Part shown: positions 1-9,718 of the stretch, piece by piece
Layout of the letters: each line of letters starts with the position of its first letter
How positions within the stretch are numbered: the first letter of the stretch is position 1
Assembly: GCF_000757865.1 (NCBI RefSeq)
Contig: NZ_CP007754.1
Span: 150,001 to 182,000 of the forward strand
Origin: Prochlorococcus sp. MIT 0801
GTDB taxonomy: Bacteria > Cyanobacteriota > Cyanobacteriia > PCC-6307 > Cyanobiaceae
Length of the DNA stretch: 32,000 nt
Direction: 5' to 3'
Program-made: the position numbers and the translations under genes
The notes under the pieces: model-generated
The model's database searches: none
What the model was told of the DNA's origin: nothing
Seen by the model: the letters and a program-made list of their open reading frames with translations, nothing else

Positions 1-555
1 ATAGGGAAATATAATATTATACCTAGTTATTTCGAACAAAATCAAGCAGAGGCCTTAGAATTAGGAAAAACAGTAATTGAGACAATTTCTCAATCTGTAC
101 CGAATTGGACTCAAACAGAAATTCGCTCTTTACTTGGTAGTTTTGGTTTAACTAATGATTCCGTTTTTAAGGAGGTCAGCCAGATAAGTGGAGGAGAGAA
201 GGCAAGACTTGCTTTAGCTTTAATGATTATTAAGCCATCAAATTTGCTTATTCTTGATGAACCGACAAACCATTTAGATATACCTTCAAAGCAAATGCTA
301 GAGCAGGCATTGTCTAATTATGATGGCAGTGCATTAATAGTTTCTCATGATCGATATTTTATTTCAAAAGTTGCAAACAAGATTGTAGAAATAAGAGATG
401 GTCAATTAATTAAATATCAAGGTGATTATAAATACTATAAAGAGAAAAAAATGGAAGAAGCAAAGGAAAAGGAAAAAGAATTACAATTAGCTGAACGTGA
501 AAGAAAAAGGTTGGCTAATCGAGAAAAACAGAGAAAAAAGAAAAAAAATAAATAA
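1..555 (+). CDS. ABC-F family ATP-binding protein, C-terminal part (5' end lies outside the window)
   Basis: Frame +1 is open from nt 1 with no stop, so the gene is truncated by the window edge. Translation shows ABC signature SGGEKARLALA, Walker B LLILDEPTNHLD and H-loop VSHDRYF. A Lys/Glu-rich C-terminal tail (EEAKEKEKELQLAERERKRL...KKKKNK) is typical of Uup/ABC-F proteins. Confidence 0.9.
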   Translation: MGKYNIIPSYFEQNQAEALELGKTVIETISQSVPNWTQTEIRSLLGSFGLTNDSVFKEVSQISGGEKARLALALMIIKPSNLLILDEPTNHLDIPSKQMLEQALSNYDGSALIVSHDRYFISKVANKIVEIRDGQLIKYQGDYKYYKEKKMEEAKEKEKELQLAERERKRLANREKQRKKKKNK

Positions 556-583
556 AAGTAATTATTACATTAAATTTTTCAAC

Positions 584-1762
584 TTATACTTGAAGATCAT
601 AAATATCAACTGGTTTGATGATTTTTATAGACTCTATATTCTCTCTAAGTATTTTAATTCTTAATGTCGACTGTAAATTATTTTTATTGATTTTTTTTAC
701 GACATCGGCTGGAGTTGAAATTTTTTCATCGTTGATTGAAATTATTAGATCATTTACTTTTAATCCACCTTTTTCAGCAGGACCATTTGGCATCAAATAT
801 GTAATAATTGCTCCATTTTCTGTTTGGGAAAGAAAATTACTTTTTTGTTTGATATTGGTTGAAAGTGTTACTCCTATCATGGGATGCTTGGCTCTGCCAC
901 TGGTGATTAAATCTTTGGCGATTTTTCTAGCTCTATTTATTGGTATTGCGAAACCTAATCCTGCTCCTGGTCCTGAGCGAACAAGAGTATTAATACCAAT
1001 CACTTCTCCAGAAGAATTTAATAATGGTCCACCAGAATTACCAGGATTAATAGCTGCGTCAGTTTGAATTAGATCTATTCTTTTGTCGGATATACCTAAT
1101 TGAGCAACATCTCTGTTGAGATTACTAATTATTCCAAGAGTAACCGTATTTTCAAGTCCAAAAGGGTTTCCAACTGCAATTGCCCAATCACCAACTTTTA
1201 AGTTATCGGAGTTTCCTAATTGGGCAGTGGGCCAAGGACCTTTTGCTTTGAGTTTAATAACTGCAAGATCTGTTAAAGAATCTTCTCCCACAACATTTCC
1301 AACCACTCTTCTTCCATCTGATAAACCCACTATTAGTTGATCGGTTTTTTCTATTACATGAGCATTTGTCAGTATTAGACCTTCTTTAGAAAAAATCACG
1401 CCACTACCTTGCCCTTTTTCAATTCGAGATCGTGGAACTTGAAGGCCTCTTAGACCAAAGAATCGTTCAAGATATCGATCATTCAAGATCCCAGGAGGAA
1501 AAACACCTTCACTTGAAGATAAAACCTGACGCTGTGTTTCAATTGTGACCACTGCATCTCCACTGAGATTTAATGCTTGTGAGACGAAAGATTGTTGATT
1601 GTGATTTTGTGTGGATAACAGTGAAGCTTCGCTTGAATGAAGAGGAGTTTCATATCGGAAGTTAAAAAAAATAAGAACAATTAAAACAAAAATTTTAAAA
1701 TACTTTTTTTGGCGTAATTTTAGGGATCCATATAATATGCTGTTTTCATCTAATCCATGCAT
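584..1762 (-). CDS. HtrA/DegP-family serine protease with C-terminal PDZ domain
   Basis: Trypsin-like catalytic triad contexts are present: LTNAHVI (His), TDLAVIKL (Asp), NPGNSGGPLLN (Ser). There is an N-terminal hydrophobic anchor (FKIFVLIVLIFFNF) and a PDZ-like C-terminus (GGLKVNDLIISINDEKI). The track ORF extends to a TTG at 1795. I prefer the first in-frame ATG at 1762, but the start is uncertain. Confidence 0.88.
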   Translation of the reverse strand: MHGLDENSILYGSLKLRQKKYFKIFVLIVLIFFNFRYETPLHSSEASLLSTQNHNQQSFVSQALNLSGDAVVTIETQRQVLSSSEGVFPPGILNDRYLERFFGLRGLQVPRSRIEKGQGSGVIFSKEGLILTNAHVIEKTDQLIVGLSDGRRVVGNVVGEDSLTDLAVIKLKAKGPWPTAQLGNSDNLKVGDWAIAVGNPFGLENTVTLGIISNLNRDVAQLGISDKRIDLIQTDAAINPGNSGGPLLNSSGEVIGINTLVRSGPGAGLGFAIPINRARKIAKDLITSGRAKHPMIGVTLSTNIKQKSNFLSQTENGAIITYLMPNGPAEKGGLKVNDLIISINDEKISTPADVVKKINKNNLQSTLRIKILRENIESIKIIKPVDIYDLQV

Positions 1763-1970
1763 GGTTTTCGGAAAGGGATTAGTTCTTATTATCAAAATAA
1801 TTATAGCTAATTTGGAAATTGAAACGCCCTCTAATTTTATTACCCTAGATTTTTACTAAATAACTTTTTTTGAACTTTCTTTCCTCTAGAATAATAATCT
1901 GATTTATTCTGTGATTGACAATGAAACTAGAACGACTTCAAAACTTAATCTGAATTAATGCATTCAGTTT

Positions 1971-2270
1971 TTGATTTATCATTTTTTGCAAATGTTGAGC
2001 AATTTTCTACCTTTTGTATATGGCTTTTCAGTTGTTGTTTTGTTGATTTTGGCTGCCAGGATAATGCTAAATGGTTTTTTCTCAGGTCAAGCATCATTTA
2101 AGACTCAAGATTCATTTTCAAAGAAAAAAGTCGATGATCGAACAGGTTTGGTTACTGTTCATCCTGAGCTTTTAGATAAAAATGGAAGCATTACTGATGA
2201 AGATTTGCTCACAGTTCGTTTTTCTAAGGACACTGATCATCCACAATCATCTGAAAAGCCTTCTGAATAA
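1971..2270 (+). CDS. small hypothetical membrane protein
   Basis: 99-codon ORF in an AT-rich genome with no competing ORF. One N-terminal TM helix (FVYGFSVVVLLILAARIML) is followed by a hydrophilic tail. The track start is TTG at 1971; an in-frame ATG at 1992 is an alternative. No family recognised. Confidence 0.5.
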   Translation: MIYHFLQMLSNFLPFVYGFSVVVLLILAARIMLNGFFSGQASFKTQDSFSKKKVDDRTGLVTVHPELLDKNGSITDEDLLTVRFSKDTDHPQSSEKPSE

Positions 2271-2326
2271 TTTTCATTAGATTTTTTGGGTTTGACATTA
2301 CATAGTTATCTAAGAGGTTTTTAATT

Positions 2327-2710
2327 TTGGAACAAAGAACGCGCATAGTCGCTGCAGTCTTGAAAAACATGAAGTTACCTCCAAGGTTTCGTATCAGATT
2401 ATTAAAGGAAGATCCAGTAAGGCTTGAATTAAGTCTTACTCCAGCTTATGGAAAAGATCCGATTCAAGTTGGGTTGGTAGAGTCCCTTGATTTGGTTGCT
2501 AGAAGAGACAGAGAGGGAAGAATGCCTAGAGATTTACAAGGGACATGGGATTGGACTGTAAGACATGGAGAAGTTAGTACTGGTGGATGGAATCCTTATC
2601 TAAAAGAAGCTCTGCAAACGATGTTCGAAACGGGATTACCAGCAATTATTTACGAGGAACTAACTGGAGAGGACTATCATCCAGTTGATGGTGCAAGACA
2701 TGTTAGATAG
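2327..2710 (+). CDS. conserved hypothetical soluble protein
   Basis: 127-codon ORF with balanced, non-low-complexity composition (e.g. TWDWTVRHGEVSTGGWNPYLKEAL). TTG start at 2327; an in-frame ATG gives MKLPPRF 14 codons downstream. No family confidently recognised. Confidence 0.55.
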   Translation: MEQRTRIVAAVLKNMKLPPRFRIRLLKEDPVRLELSLTPAYGKDPIQVGLVESLDLVARRDREGRMPRDLQGTWDWTVRHGEVSTGGWNPYLKEALQTMFETGLPAIIYEELTGEDYHPVDGARHVR

Positions 2711-2812
2711 ATATTGAAAACTCTAAAGAATAAATTAATTTCAAGAGTCAAAATATATGTTTTCTCATTTTGAGCTTTTGTTTAGTATTATTGAGTTGAT
2801 TTCGATTAACAA

Positions 2813-2959
2813 ATGAAAGATAACTTCGAACCTCGTTATGGATTTGTAAATTTTGCTGAGATATGGAATGGACGTTTGGCCATGATGGGTATTTTAATAG
2901 GTTTAACAACAGAACTTTTAACAGGGCAAGGAATTTTAACTCAGATGGGAATCGGTTGA
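2813..2959 (+). CDS. hli: high-light-inducible protein (HLIP / one-helix CAB-like protein), 48 aa
   Basis: Hand translation gives MKDNFEPRYGFVNFAEIWNGRLAMMGILIGLTTELLTGQGILTQMGIG*. It contains the chlorophyll-binding CAB helix motif E-x2-N-G-R-x-A-M (AEIWNGRLAMMG) and a single TM helix. An in-frame TAA lies two codons upstream of the ATG. The ORF is below the size cutoff of the supplied track. Confidence 0.85.
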   Translation: MKDNFEPRYGFVNFAEIWNGRLAMMGILIGLTTELLTGQGILTQMGIG

Positions 2960-2980
2960 AAAACTAATTGTTAGTTTTTT
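2960..2980 (+). terminator. weak AT-rich terminator-like hairpin after hli
   Basis: AAAACTAA (2960-2967) pairs with TTAGTTTT (2971-2978) across a 3-nt loop, followed by a T-run. Only one G:C pair, so stability is low, and such hairpins arise easily by chance in AT-rich DNA. Confidence 0.25.
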
Positions 2981-2992
2981 ATTTTTAATAGT

Positions 2993-4153
2993 TTGACTGA
3001 TCTCAAAAACGCTAGAAAATCTTTAAGTACATATAGTGTTAACGAGTTAAACGAATCTATAGGTTTATTACTAGCAAGAGGCTTTGCACCAAAATTTATA
3101 CTTAAAGCCACAGTTTCTAAATCGCAAATTAAAAAAGGTCATTTATGGTTAACTTTCACGGACGGGAAAGCAAGTATAGATGGAGTTGCGTGGTCATCAA
3201 CAATAAAGTCTTTAAAATTTTTACCAAAGCAAGATGATGGTGTTGTCATTGTTGGTAAATTAAATTTCTGGGAATCTAAAGCAAGAGTATCGGTACAAGT
3301 TTTTGATATTCGACCAAGTATTTCTACTGTTCTTAAGAAGTTCGAAATAGTCAAATCAAAACTTTTTAAAGAAGGTTTGATAGACGATTCTTTACGAAAA
3401 AAATTGCCAAAATACCCCAATTCAATTGGTATTCTTACAAGTGTTCCAAGCTCTGCTTTAGCTGACATGCTTAGAACATCTAAGGAGAGATGGCCATTAA
3501 CGAAACTGCATATAATTCCTATTCCTGTTCAAGGAAATAATGAAAATAAATTGATATCAATTTTAAGTAAATTAAAAATAAATAAGTTAAAATTAGACGC
3601 TTTAATTATAGCTAGAGGAGGAGGCAGCAGAGAAGATTTAATGTTGTTCGATAGTGAAATCATAGCCAGAGAAATCGCAACATTATCAATACCAGTAATT
3701 ACAGGAATAGGTCATGAAGATGATTTAACTGTTTCTGATCTTGTTGCAGACCATAGATCTGCTACTCCAACTGCTGCTATTGTTGATCTTTTACCATCAA
3801 GAGAAATTGAAAAAAATAAGTTTTTGCAAAATAAAAAAATACTTAAAGATTATTTGAAATTGTTTTTTCAGAATACCAAGAAATCATTAATTACAAAGAA
3901 ATCTTTTTTTAAATCTCATTCTCCTCGTCTATTAATTAAAAATAAAAGAACAAGAATAAATTATATGTACGATATTTTGAATGCACTTTCTCCAAGAAAA
4001 TTGTTAAAAAGAGGTTTTGCTCTAATTACTAACGAGTCAGGTGATTCGATGTATAGTATCAAAAATGTTAAGGAAAATGATAAGTTAATAGTTCAATTTT
4101 TTGATGGAAAAATTACTGTTGAGGTTGATACTATTGATTATGATCAAATATAA
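2993..4153 (+). CDS. xseA: exodeoxyribonuclease VII large subunit
   Basis: The ORF aligns by eye with E. coli XseA along its length. Matching segments: N-terminal OB-fold region (YSVNELNESIGLLL), IGILTSVPSSALADM, IIARGGGSREDLMLFDSE, ITGIGHEDDLTVSDLVADHRSATPTAA. The conserved N-terminus lies upstream of any ATG, so the TTG at 2993 is needed. Confidence 0.88.
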   Translation: MTDLKNARKSLSTYSVNELNESIGLLLARGFAPKFILKATVSKSQIKKGHLWLTFTDGKASIDGVAWSSTIKSLKFLPKQDDGVVIVGKLNFWESKARVSVQVFDIRPSISTVLKKFEIVKSKLFKEGLIDDSLRKKLPKYPNSIGILTSVPSSALADMLRTSKERWPLTKLHIIPIPVQGNNENKLISILSKLKINKLKLDALIIARGGGSREDLMLFDSEIIAREIATLSIPVITGIGHEDDLTVSDLVADHRSATPTAAIVDLLPSREIEKNKFLQNKKILKDYLKLFFQNTKKSLITKKSFFKSHSPRLLIKNKRTRINYMYDILNALSPRKLLKRGFALITNESGDSMYSIKNVKENDKLIVQFFDGKITVEVDTIDYDQI

Positions 4154-4216
4154 ATTCATCGAATCAAATTTGTTATTATGTCAATTGCAGATTAATTCAT
4201 CCCAAATCATTTACTA

Positions 4217-4468
4217 ATGTCTAACAAAGCTACTAACAAAAAAAATATTGAGATTTTTAAGAAAGATATTAATAGATTAAGTTACGAAGAATCTATATCC
4301 GAACTGGAAACTATCTTAAATAATGTACAAGATGAAAATATTTCACTGGATGAAATACAGATTAATTATATTAAAGGTCATCTACTTCTTAAACATTGCG
4401 AAGAGCTCTTGCACTGTTGTGAACAAGAAATTAATGAAATCAATCCAGAATTTTTAGAATTAGATTAA
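4217..4468 (+). CDS. xseB: exodeoxyribonuclease VII small subunit
   Basis: 83 aa, immediately downstream of xseA. Contains the typical XseB helix SYEESISELETILNNVQDENISLDE. Confidence 0.75.
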   Translation: MSNKATNKKNIEIFKKDINRLSYEESISELETILNNVQDENISLDEIQINYIKGHLLLKHCEELLHCCEQEINEINPEFLELD

Positions 4469-4469
4469 T

Positions 4470-4799
4470 TTATAAATCTAACTTTTCGGATTTTATGTCA
4501 ATTGTTGCGGCACTTGCTGGAATGTTTTCTAGAATATCTGCGTTTTTTGTTATGGTTTTTCCACATATTGGACAAATCGTCTGATTATTTAGAAAGGTTG
4601 AGCCACAAGCTTCACAGGTTTGTACTTTTGATTGGATTCTTTTCCATGTAAACCATCCAATTCCTCCTAAGATTAATGGTATTATTGTAATAATAAGGAA
4701 TATTCCACCTGCTAAATCAATAATAAATTTCCCAGCTGGTGTAGGTAAAATAATAATTAAAATAAATACCATCCAAATCAATGAAGATGGCTTATTCAT
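4470..4799 (-). CDS. membrane protein with C-terminal zinc-ribbon
   Basis: Two predicted TM helices (IWMVFILIIILPTP; GGIFLIITIIPLILGGIGWF) are followed by CEACG-x13-CPICG, a four-Cys zinc-ribbon pattern. ATG start at 4799. Confidence 0.6.
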   Translation of the reverse strand: MNKPSSLIWMVFILIIILPTPAGKFIIDLAGGIFLIITIIPLILGGIGWFTWKRIQSKVQTCEACGSTFLNNQTICPICGKTITKNADILENIPASAATIDIKSEKLDL

Positions 4800-4861
4800 A
4801 AGTAATTTAGAGATTTATTTAAATATTATAATTTAAATTTAGATGCTTGTTTCAATGATGT

Positions 4862-5776
4862 TTAAACGTATCGTTTACGACGCATGCTTGCAATGACAAC
4901 ACTCCAACATTGACCAAAATAAATAATTACTCCTACCATCCAAACCCAAAGAGTTAATACTAGTACTCCGCCAATGAATCCATAAGCTTGAAATCTTGAT
5001 CCCAACGAAAGGATACTTCTACTAACTGCCAAATTTAGAATTGTTAGCAAAGTTCCAATCATCAAAGCTCCTGGTATTAGTGGTTTTAAAGGTACTCTTC
5101 TACTTGGGAGTAAACCTTGTAAAAGTAGTGCCATGGTTGAAAAACCTATTAGAGGAAGTATAAATTGACCTACTTGAAGTACAGGTATTTTTGTAATTGC
5201 ATTTTCAATCCAAGGGGTTGTGTTGGCTAAGTCTTCCAAAACTGCTTCGGGAATCAGACGAATATTTGCACTGATTTGATCGATAACCATCAAAATCCCA
5301 ACTAAAAGAACGACAAAAAAAGCTTCAATACGATTTCTGATAAATCGAAACGCTTGAATTTTTAATGGATCCGGCTTTGATTTAACTGGTAGTACGTCTT
5401 CCCATAATCGATCGGCTCCTCTTTGTAATGTTAGATATGCATTGCCAGCAGTGATCATTAAAAACATTGCCCCAAGAATTCCTGCTCCAAAACCCTGATT
5501 AATTAATTGTTCTAAAGTTGAAGAGACCAAAGCTATTACTTCAGACGGTAAAACTTCAGCAGTTAATTCAATTATTCTTTGCTCTATACCTTGCTGTTTT
5601 CCTAAAAACCATGATGCAACTGATAGGGAGATTAGTAATATTGGAAAGAAGGACTGAAGAGTGTAGTAAGCAAATGCTGCGCTTAAATCGACGCAATCAC
5701 ACTTAGACCATCTTTCATAAGCTCTCCAGAGACTGCTAAAAAACCATCTTGCTTTTTTATTCCAGTTCAGGCCCAC
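4862..5776 (-). CDS. YihY/BrkB (formerly 'ribonuclease BN-like') family inner-membrane protein
   Basis: 304 aa polytopic membrane protein. The N-terminal pattern (W..Y.RWSK.DC..LSAAFAYYTLQSFFP) is characteristic of the YihY family. GTG start at 5776; there is no in-frame ATG near the N-terminus. Confidence 0.78.
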   Translation of the reverse strand: MGLNWNKKARWFFSSLWRAYERWSKCDCVDLSAAFAYYTLQSFFPILLISLSVASWFLGKQQGIEQRIIELTAEVLPSEVIALVSSTLEQLINQGFGAGILGAMFLMITAGNAYLTLQRGADRLWEDVLPVKSKPDPLKIQAFRFIRNRIEAFFVVLLVGILMVIDQISANIRLIPEAVLEDLANTTPWIENAITKIPVLQVGQFILPLIGFSTMALLLQGLLPSRRVPLKPLIPGALMIGTLLTILNLAVSRSILSLGSRFQAYGFIGGVLVLTLWVWMVGVIIYFGQCWSVVIASMRRKRYV

Positions 5777-5911
5777 TTTATTTATAAAGCATTTGTTATC
5801 ACGCTAACTCCTAAGGAGAAGATTTTTCTTAGTTGAATCAGTAGATTTAAAATCATAAATTTTTTAATGAAGCTAATTTTATTTAATGAAAAAAACAAAG
5901 CACAAAGTGAA

Positions 5912-6730
5912 TTAACTATCATGAATCAAGGCGGTAGCCCATGGCAGCATGTTGTTTAATTGATCTTCAGAGGATGCTGTTAGTAATGGAAAATTCACAG
6001 AAGTAAGATCTGTACCAGAGAGAATATCTTTTGGATTAGTTTCCAACCAGTTGATAAGACAATTAAGTTCCTCGAGTATTAGCCATGCAGCTGCAATATC
6101 CCATATTTTTGGTGTTGCCTCTAAAGCAGCAATTGTTTGACCTATGGCAACACTAGTCATATTTAAACTGGATACCCCAAGTAGTCTTATTTTTCCTGGA
6201 AAAGGCTGCTCTGGTTTCATTTGTAAAACTTTAATTGAGCGGCTACAAAGAGAAATGCAGTCACTATTTTTTTTGAAACGTGATTCAGGCTTAAGTGGCT
6301 TGTCATTTAGCCAAACTCCTTTTCCTTTTATGGCGAAAATTCTTTTTCTCAGGGCTGGTATGTCCAGGAAGGCTGTCTCAGGTTCACCATTTGTGAAACG
6401 TGCTATTGATATAGCCCAGTAAGGAATGCCTGCTGCAAAATTAGTTGTGCCATCGAGTGGGTCAACCACCCAATATTCACTGGAGCTAGGAATTGACTTC
6501 TTACCTTCTTCACTCAGAACGCCTTCTCCTGGAGCAATTTTTGATAACCCTTGAACTATTGTTTTATCACTCCACCTATCACATTCTGTAATAAGTGTTC
6601 CATCAGCTTTTATATCAGAGTTGATTTGTCCAAAATCTTGAAGTTGACGTGTTCCAACTTCATCAACTAAATGATGAATTGATATAAGTTGAGCTTTGCT
6701 CAGAGGTTTAGATATTGGGTTTTGATTCAT
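5912..6730 (-). CDS. inositol monophosphatase family protein (SuhB/CysQ-like)
   Basis: Shows the IMPase metal-binding motifs GVLSEE and WVVDPLDGTTNF, and the late WDIAAA motif. Confidence 0.85.
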   Translation of the reverse strand: MNQNPISKPLSKAQLISIHHLVDEVGTRQLQDFGQINSDIKADGTLITECDRWSDKTIVQGLSKIAPGEGVLSEEGKKSIPSSSEYWVVDPLDGTTNFAAGIPYWAISIARFTNGEPETAFLDIPALRKRIFAIKGKGVWLNDKPLKPESRFKKNSDCISLCSRSIKVLQMKPEQPFPGKIRLLGVSSLNMTSVAIGQTIAALEATPKIWDIAAAWLILEELNCLINWLETNPKDILSGTDLTSVNFPLLTASSEDQLNNMLPWATALIHDS

Positions 6731-6747
6731 TTTTATTTAGTTAGAAG

Positions 6748-8331
6748 CTATAGCTGACATAAAGGAATTAAATTCGATTCATAGAGGTTTGATTCGCTGT
6801 CTATGTCGCTTTGATTTTGTTGATTGACTTTGATATCACATGGCTTGATGTTATCTAAACCTGTTTGTCTACTTAAATCAGCTAATAAAGTGTTGTAGCT
6901 AGTTACCGAAATAATATAACGAACCTCGGAATCAGTTAAATCTCTTTGGTTATTTACAACTTCTCGTTGTGTAGTAATACCTGATTTGTATCTAAGCTTG
7001 GCAAGTCTTAGAGACTCTCTCGCAGATAAAACTTCTGTATATGAAGCAGAAATGTTTAGTTTGGCCGACTCTAGTTTGAAGAATAATTCTTCAACTTCTT
7101 TTCTGATTTGAGCTCTTCTTGCAGCAAAATCCAGTTTTGCTTCTTTTGCTTTACTTTTATTGTAATTATACAAAGATCTTGAATTGCCTCCATCAAAAAT
7201 AAACCATGATGCATTTAGCCCAATGGTGTTGGAGAAATTGGAAGATTTATTATTGGTGTTTGGGGATATCTGATTTAACTCACCTTTTGCAAACGAAGAG
7301 GTCGATGTATTTACGATGCTTAATTTTGGTTTGCTAGCAGCTAGTGCAGCATTGGCATTGTTATTATTAATTGATATATCCAAGAGAATACTTTCAAGTT
7401 CTTCTCGTGAATTATAAGCAGCTATAATACTTTCTTCTAACGATAAATCCCATATACCTGTAACTTGAGTTTTTGAACCAATCAACGGCGTTACATCTTC
7501 TGGAAAATTCAGTATCTCAGCAAGAGATCTTTGACCAATTTTTTGATCTCCGAATTTAATATTAAATAATTGCTGATCTCTAGCTAATTGTGTTTTCGCC
7601 TCTAGAACTTCTAATTTTGTACCAATTCCTGATTCAAATCTAATTTCGGCGTCTTTTAAACCAAGAGTTGATGATTCAATTGATTTCTTTGCTACCTCTA
7701 TTTCTTCATTGGCTTTTTGCAAATTGAAGTAACGTTTTTTTGCCTCTAATTTTAAGTCTCTTAAAACTATTGAATAGGAATATTTTGACTTTTCCAAACT
7801 ATCTCTAGCTGAAGCTATCTCTGGGACTCTCGCAGGATTAATTAAATCCCATTTGATTTGAGCTGAGATAGATGAACTCCATTGTTTACTTGAAGTGTCT
7901 GGTATTAAATTTGATTCATTATAATTATTAGATTCAAAATATTGAGGAATGCCATTAGCTGTTAGGTTTAATGTTGGGTACCAGGATGATAATGAACTTC
8001 TTAATATTGATTTAGCTTGGTCAACTTTTTCTAAGTAGATTTTAATTGTTCGGTTATTATTTATAAGTATATTTTCTAACTGATCAAGCTTAACTTTTTG
8101 ATAAGTTTTTACTAATACTTCGCGCGATCTAGAGGGTAAAAAAAGATCTTCAGGCGAATTTAATTCATATAAGACTCCTTGTTGTTTTTGACTTTGACTT
8201 AGGCTTTTCCTTGAGTCTCCTTTTACCTTTATATTTGAAGTTATTTTTTGCGAACTTGTAGCCCACAAAGGATTTAGCCCAGATATAAATAAACCTGCAA
8301 CAATTAGAAACTTTCTCTTCACTCTCCTCAT
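6748..8331 (-). CDS. TolC-like outer-membrane efflux protein
   Basis: The ATG at 8331 gives a signal peptide, MRRVKRKFLIVAGLFISGLNPLWA. The body shows two repeats of the OEP/TolC coiled pattern (e.g. AKLRYKSGITTQREVVNNQRDL; AEIRFESGIGTKLEVLEAKTQL). The track's upstream TTG extension to 8382 would overlap the preceding gene and precede the signal peptide. Confidence 0.8.
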   Translation of the reverse strand: MRRVKRKFLIVAGLFISGLNPLWATSSQKITSNIKVKGDSRKSLSQSQKQQGVLYELNSPEDLFLPSRSREVLVKTYQKVKLDQLENILINNNRTIKIYLEKVDQAKSILRSSLSSWYPTLNLTANGIPQYFESNNYNESNLIPDTSSKQWSSSISAQIKWDLINPARVPEIASARDSLEKSKYSYSIVLRDLKLEAKKRYFNLQKANEEIEVAKKSIESSTLGLKDAEIRFESGIGTKLEVLEAKTQLARDQQLFNIKFGDQKIGQRSLAEILNFPEDVTPLIGSKTQVTGIWDLSLEESIIAAYNSREELESILLDISINNNNANAALAASKPKLSIVNTSTSSFAKGELNQISPNTNNKSSNFSNTIGLNASWFIFDGGNSRSLYNYNKSKAKEAKLDFAARRAQIRKEVEELFFKLESAKLNISASYTEVLSARESLRLAKLRYKSGITTQREVVNNQRDLTDSEVRYIISVTSYNTLLADLSRQTGLDNIKPCDIKVNQQNQSDIDSESNLYESNLIPLCQL

Positions 8332-8368
8332 AGTTATAAGAAAAACTGAGATGGATTTGGTAAAGCAA

Positions 8369-9718
8369 TTATGCTTTACCAAGTGCTTTGTTCACGATGT
8401 CTTGTGCATCATGGACAATTCTTACAGATACATTAAGTGACAAAGAGAGCTCTTGAAGTGTCATGTCATCAAGAAAGATTTTTTCACCTTGCCTTAGCAT
8501 GACAGATGGTATAAGTAATTCATCGCCTAATTCCTTGCCTCGCAGTCCTTTTATGAGGTCTTGGCCTGTGAGTAGGCCAGTAACTATTTGTTCTTGCCCC
8601 CAATAAGGACTTGGAAGCCCATAAAGATGGAGTGCGAAATTATTTATTTTATTTATTCGCTTGCAAGGCTTCTGTAATTCATTTTCAACAAGTTTGCCAA
8701 CAACCCAGCTGCAGGTTTTCTTTTGATCAAGTTTGGTTGGCAGATCTCTTGTGGCTTCATCCATTGCTCTAAGAAAACTGCGAATACTTCCTACTCCATT
8801 CTCTTTTTGAGGTAAATCTTCGTAAGAATTAAGAGTGGGTAAAGCCTTCTTCGCTATTAAATACCATTCGTCAGATAACCAAGCAAAACGGGACCCTGTT
8901 GATTTATAAAATATTCTTTGCATTGGCTCAACTTGATTGATTACTTTTGTCGCACAATCAGGATCCACGGGTATCAGCCCGTCATTACTGGGTCGAAACC
9001 TTGTTAGTCCAACTGGAACTACAGCTGCTGAGAGGACTACGGGGAAATCTCCTTGCGCAAAACTATATAGATCATTGATGGTTCGTTCTAAAGCTTTTCC
9101 ATCATTTATTTCAGGGCAAACAACAATTTGAGCATGAATTTGTATTCTTTTTTTTGAGAACCAAGCTAACTGATTAAAAAGGTCAATAGCTTTAGGATTT
9201 CTTAGTAATTTCGACCTTAAAGAAGGTTCTGTTGCATGCACTGATACAAATAAAGGAGTGAGTCTTTGTTGATCAATTCTCTCCCAGTCTTTTTCGGAAA
9301 GATTTGTAAGTGTTAAGTAAGAACCATATAAAAAACTTAGCCTGTAGTCATCATCTTTTAGGTATAGGCTTTTTCTTTTCCCTGGGGGTTGTTGGTCAAT
9401 AAAACAAAATGGACATTGATTATTGCATTGTTTTAATCCATCAAATAAAGCTTCAGTAAAAGCAAGTCCTAACTCATCGTCGTAATCTTTTTCAATGTCA
9501 ATTGTATGTTGGTTATCTTTTTCATCTAATATTATTAGTTGAATATTTTCTTCAGCCATAAGAAATTTGTAATCAATAAGATCTCTTGGCTTTACACCAT
9601 TAATACTAATTAATCGATCTCCAACTTCAAATCCAAGCTCCTCGCCTATAGAACCTTCTTCGATGGAGGCAACAACAGCAGGTTTAATTTTGTTTTGAGT
9701 TATCTTTAATGTGCTCAT
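8369..9718 (-). CDS. PDZ domain plus radical-SAM-like / DUF512 Fe-S protein
   Basis: N-terminal PDZ-like segment (GSIGEELGFEVGDRLISINGVKPRDLIDY). This is followed by a Cys cluster, CNNQCPFCF (C-x3-C-x2-C), and a long C-terminal domain resembling cyanobacterial DUF512 proteins. Confidence 0.78.
   Translation of the reverse strand: MSTLKITQNKIKPAVVASIEEGSIGEELGFEVGDRLISINGVKPRDLIDYKFLMAEENIQLIILDEKDNQHTIDIEKDYDDELGLAFTEALFDGLKQCNNQCPFCFIDQQPPGKRKSLYLKDDDYRLSFLYGSYLTLTNLSEKDWERIDQQRLTPLFVSVHATEPSLRSKLLRNPKAIDLFNQLAWFSKKRIQIHAQIVVCPEINDGKALERTINDLYSFAQGDFPVVLSAAVVPVGLTRFRPSNDGLIPVDPDCATKVINQVEPMQRIFYKSTGSRFAWLSDEWYLIAKKALPTLNSYEDLPQKENGVGSIRSFLRAMDEATRDLPTKLDQKKTCSWVVGKLVENELQKPCKRINKINNFALHLYGLPSPYWGQEQIVTGLLTGQDLIKGLRGKELGDELLIPSVMLRQGEKIFLDDMTLQELSLSLNVSVRIVHDAQDIVNKALGKA

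Noticed and set aside
615-1340. Track ORFs 615..1067 (+) and 1116..1340 (+)
   Set aside because: Both lie entirely antisense to the strongly supported HtrA protease gene. Their translations are low-complexity (Ile/Phe/Leu/Pro-rich) with no recognisable motifs.
1763-1795. Upstream TTG extensions proposed by the track: htrA to 1795, TolC-like to 8382, GST-like to 19651, nagZ at 20292
   Set aside because: In each case an in-frame ATG follows within 1-17 codons. For TolC the ATG immediately precedes the signal peptide and removes the overlap with the upstream gene. For GST the ATG sits right before the first beta-strand. The choice is not proven.
3139-3468. Track ORF 3139..3468 (-)
   Set aside because: Antisense within xseA, whose frame is supported by motif alignment along its whole length. 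No motifs.
5518-6422. Track ORFs 5518..5706 (+) and 6144..6422 (+)
   Set aside because: Antisense within the YihY-like and IMPase-family genes respectively. Shadow ORFs without motifs.
8165-9131. Track ORFs 8165..8368 (-) and 8937..9131 (+)
   Set aside because: The first is an alternative frame inside the TolC-like gene's 5' region. The second is antisense within the DUF512 gene. Neither has a plausible fold or motif.
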